A stretch of 64,000 nucleotides of DNA from an uncultured Poribacteria bacterium (lineage in GTDB: Bacteria > Poribacteria > WGA-4E > WGA-3G), in the NCBI GenBank assembly GCA_951813565.1, contig OX638351.1, positions 1,792,001-1,856,000 on the forward strand. The letters are read 5' to 3'. Numbering within the stretch: the stretch's first letter is position 1; each line of letters opens with the position of its first letter. A program made the position numbers and the translations under genes. This document shows, piece after piece, positions 62,070 to 64,000 of this stretch. The notes beneath the pieces are model-generated. The model worked only from the letters and a program-made list of their open reading frames with translations, ran no database searches and was not told where the DNA came from.

Positions 62070-62420
62070 TCCGTCAAATCCGCATGCTTTAGCTTGTGGA
62101 TGTAGACGGGTAACCTGTGCTTGGGCATCACAGACTGCCAGCGAAATTGAAATAGGGGTAATCCCCAATCGTCCTAACCTTTCAAAGTCGGTGGATAGCG
62201 TCCATATCAAGCCAATGCAGCAAGGACTTATCGCGCGGCGTGCCTGGTAGAAAGGGCAGCTGTCCAATGGGTGGAACCAGAGCCAACCCACGACGTTGCG
62301 AAAAACATATTAAACAGGCGGCTAAGCCGCCTAAAGTGGAGCAGACGTAAGACGTTTCTTCGGAAACGCTGACTGCAAGGAAGCACAAGTCCCAGCCTTC
62401 AGGCTGTGGGTCACTATGAC
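62070..62420 (+). mobile_element. ORF-less IS200/IS605-type element carrying an omega-RNA-like right end
   Basis: Left hairpin TCCGCATGCTTTAGCTTGTGGA; 62335-62420 homologous to the right end of the 51929-53311 element, both ending CTATGAC. Confidence 0.8.
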
Positions 62421-62510
62421 TATCCGGTGGGCTAAAGGCCTACCGGGTATACAATTACAAAGTTATGAAAGTGTGTTTTTACGCGCACAGGAATCCATAG
62501 ACATCGCGCA

Positions 62511-63590
62511 TTGGAGATAGTTTCCGTGGAACTAAAAAAATTACGCGATCAAATTAATAGCATAGACGACCAACTTCTAAATCTTCTTCAAGAACGCGCA
62601 GAGATTTCCAAGAAGATAGGTTCCTTAAAAGCCGACACGGGGAAGGAAATTTATGTACCGCAGCGTGAGTACGAAATTCGTAATCGTCTAAAAACGCAGA
62701 ATCTCGGTATATATCCCAAAGATGCGCTTGACAAAATTTGGACTGAAATTTTTGCTGCTTCACGAGCCGTGCAAACCCCAAATAGGGTTGCTTTCCTCGG
62801 CCCATCAGGTAGTTTTGGACACACGGCAAGCCTATCGTTTTTCGGGCCTTTTGCTGAAATGATTCCGATCACTCCACAGATTGATATCTTTACTGAAGTT
62901 GAAACCGGACGCGCTGATTTTGGCGTGGTAGCAATTGAGAATTCAGTTTACGGCACTGTCCGGGACGTTTTAGAACGTTTTCAACACACATCTATGAAAA
63001 TCTGTGCAGAAATTTACCAACCTATCAGACACCATCTCATCTCAAAATTTCCGCTTCCTGAGGTTCAGCGTGTCTATTCCCACAGCCAACCCTTTGCCCA
63101 ATGTAGAATGTGGCTGAATAAATATATGAAATCAGTGGAACAGGTTGAAGTTGTCAGTACGTCTGATGCTGCACAACGCGCAGCAGATGAACCAAACGCT
63201 GCAGCAATCGCAAGTAAGCTGGCAAGTGAAATCTACGAGGTCCCTGTGATAGCGGATTCTATCATGGACGAACCGAATAACACGACTCGTTTTTTTATTA
63301 TTGGCGACCAAATAGTTGGCAAAAGTGGCAATGATTGCACATCTATCTTTTTTGCAATTAAAGACAAAGTCGGGGCATTGTATGAAATCTTGGGTGTCTT
63401 AGTAAAATATCAATTAAGCCTTAGTTATTTACAATCGCTTCCTTCGCGCACCGAACCGTGGGAATATATCTTTTTTGCTGATATTGATGGACATATTGAT
63501 GATGACAACGTTCATTCTGTCGTTGAACAGCTTGAGGATTTATGTCAGGATGTCAAAATCCTCGGTTCTTACCCACGCGGTGCAAAATAG
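62511..63590 (+). CDS. pheA: Chorismate mutase/prephenate dehydratase
   Basis: LRDQINSIDDQLL, VAFLGPSGSF, AIENS, YSHSQPFAQC, NTTRF, C-terminal ACT domain LGSYP. Confidence 0.95.
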   Translation: MEIVSVELKKLRDQINSIDDQLLNLLQERAEISKKIGSLKADTGKEIYVPQREYEIRNRLKTQNLGIYPKDALDKIWTEIFAASRAVQTPNRVAFLGPSGSFGHTASLSFFGPFAEMIPITPQIDIFTEVETGRADFGVVAIENSVYGTVRDVLERFQHTSMKICAEIYQPIRHHLISKFPLPEVQRVYSHSQPFAQCRMWLNKYMKSVEQVEVVSTSDAAQRAADEPNAAAIASKLASEIYEVPVIADSIMDEPNNTTRFFIIGDQIVGKSGNDCTSIFFAIKDKVGALYEILGVLVKYQLSLSYLQSLPSRTEPWEYIFFADIDGHIDDDNVHSVVEQLEDLCQDVKILGSYPRGAK

Positions 63591-63666
63591 CATTTTGTTC
63601 TTTACCTTAAAATGCTATTACGCTTTCTCTATTGAACAATTCCTTTTTAATTCCGAATAGAGAGCA

Positions 63667-64000
63667 ATGGCAAACACATTAACCCAACAAATCCAGACTC
63701 GCGCACACGAACTCGGCTTTGAACTTGTTGGGATTACCCCTGCCGAACAGAGTCAAACTATTCAACGTTACCGGCAATGGATTGAAAGCGGATATGCCGG
63801 GAAAATGGGTTACCTTGAAAGACACCTGCCACTCAAGGAAGATACCCGAAGACTTCTTGAAGAGACAAAATCCATTATTAGTCTGGCGATGAACTATTAT
63901 ACGCTGGATACACCTAAAGCATTAGCAGAAGATCCGAGTCGTGGACAAATATCTCGGTATGCATGGGGTGATGACTATCATGATGTCATTCGTGAACGCC
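63667..64000 (+). CDS. queG: Epoxyqueuosine reductase (partial)
   Basis: MANTLTQQIQTRAHELGFELVGIT...GYAGKMGYL...SRYAWGDDYHDVIRER. Confidence 0.9.
   Translation, partial: MANTLTQQIQTRAHELGFELVGITPAEQSQTIQRYRQWIESGYAGKMGYLERHLPLKEDTRRLLEETKSIISLAMNYYTLDTPKALAEDPSRGQISRYAWGDDYHDVIRER

Noticed and set aside
62110..62310. Group I intron (IStron) call
   Set aside because: There is only weak resemblance to the P/Q elements, I could not identify the R/S (P7) core by eye, and the element is intergenic. It is kept only as an unidentified structured core.
1..64000. Alternative genetic code (UGA = Trp or Gly)
   Set aside because: Many genes end at TGA at their expected C-termini and TGG is used for Trp. 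Only two UGAs read through, both at Cys positions with hairpins.

Overview
Bacterial chromosomal window, probably from Candidatus Poribacteria or a similar lineage. This is inferred from three PhyH dioxygenases, a secreted protein ending in the 'NFPNPFNPETWIPYQL...RRMVILK' domain, and many TIM-barrel, Gfo/Idh/MocA and AKR paralogues. Coding content is mostly catabolic enzymes, a molybdenum hydroxylase operon, envelope genes, pheA and partial queG. Mobile DNA includes an IS630, an IS982, two TnpB-only IS200/IS605 elements and many MITE/REP sequences. The main signals missed by the ORF track are: (1) a 34-35 bp hairpin micro-element (CAAATCAACG + stem-loop) that inserts without target duplication into REP palindromes and into itself, forming a nested array of about 8 units at 48998-49256; (2) two UGA-readthrough selenoprotein candidates with SECIS-like hairpins, a DUF3179 protein and an unannotated 81-aa DUF5069-like protein; (3) an ORF-less IS605-type element that keeps a covarying TnpB omega-RNA and a structured core; (4) a small Zn-ribbon gene resembling spirochete bL38 inside the Mo-hydroxylase operon; (5) a degraded sigma factor/STAS pair sharing an identical 26-bp upstream box; (6) MITE families that match the IS630 and IS982 transposases in the window. 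All family assignments come from motif recognition by eye; no database searches were run.
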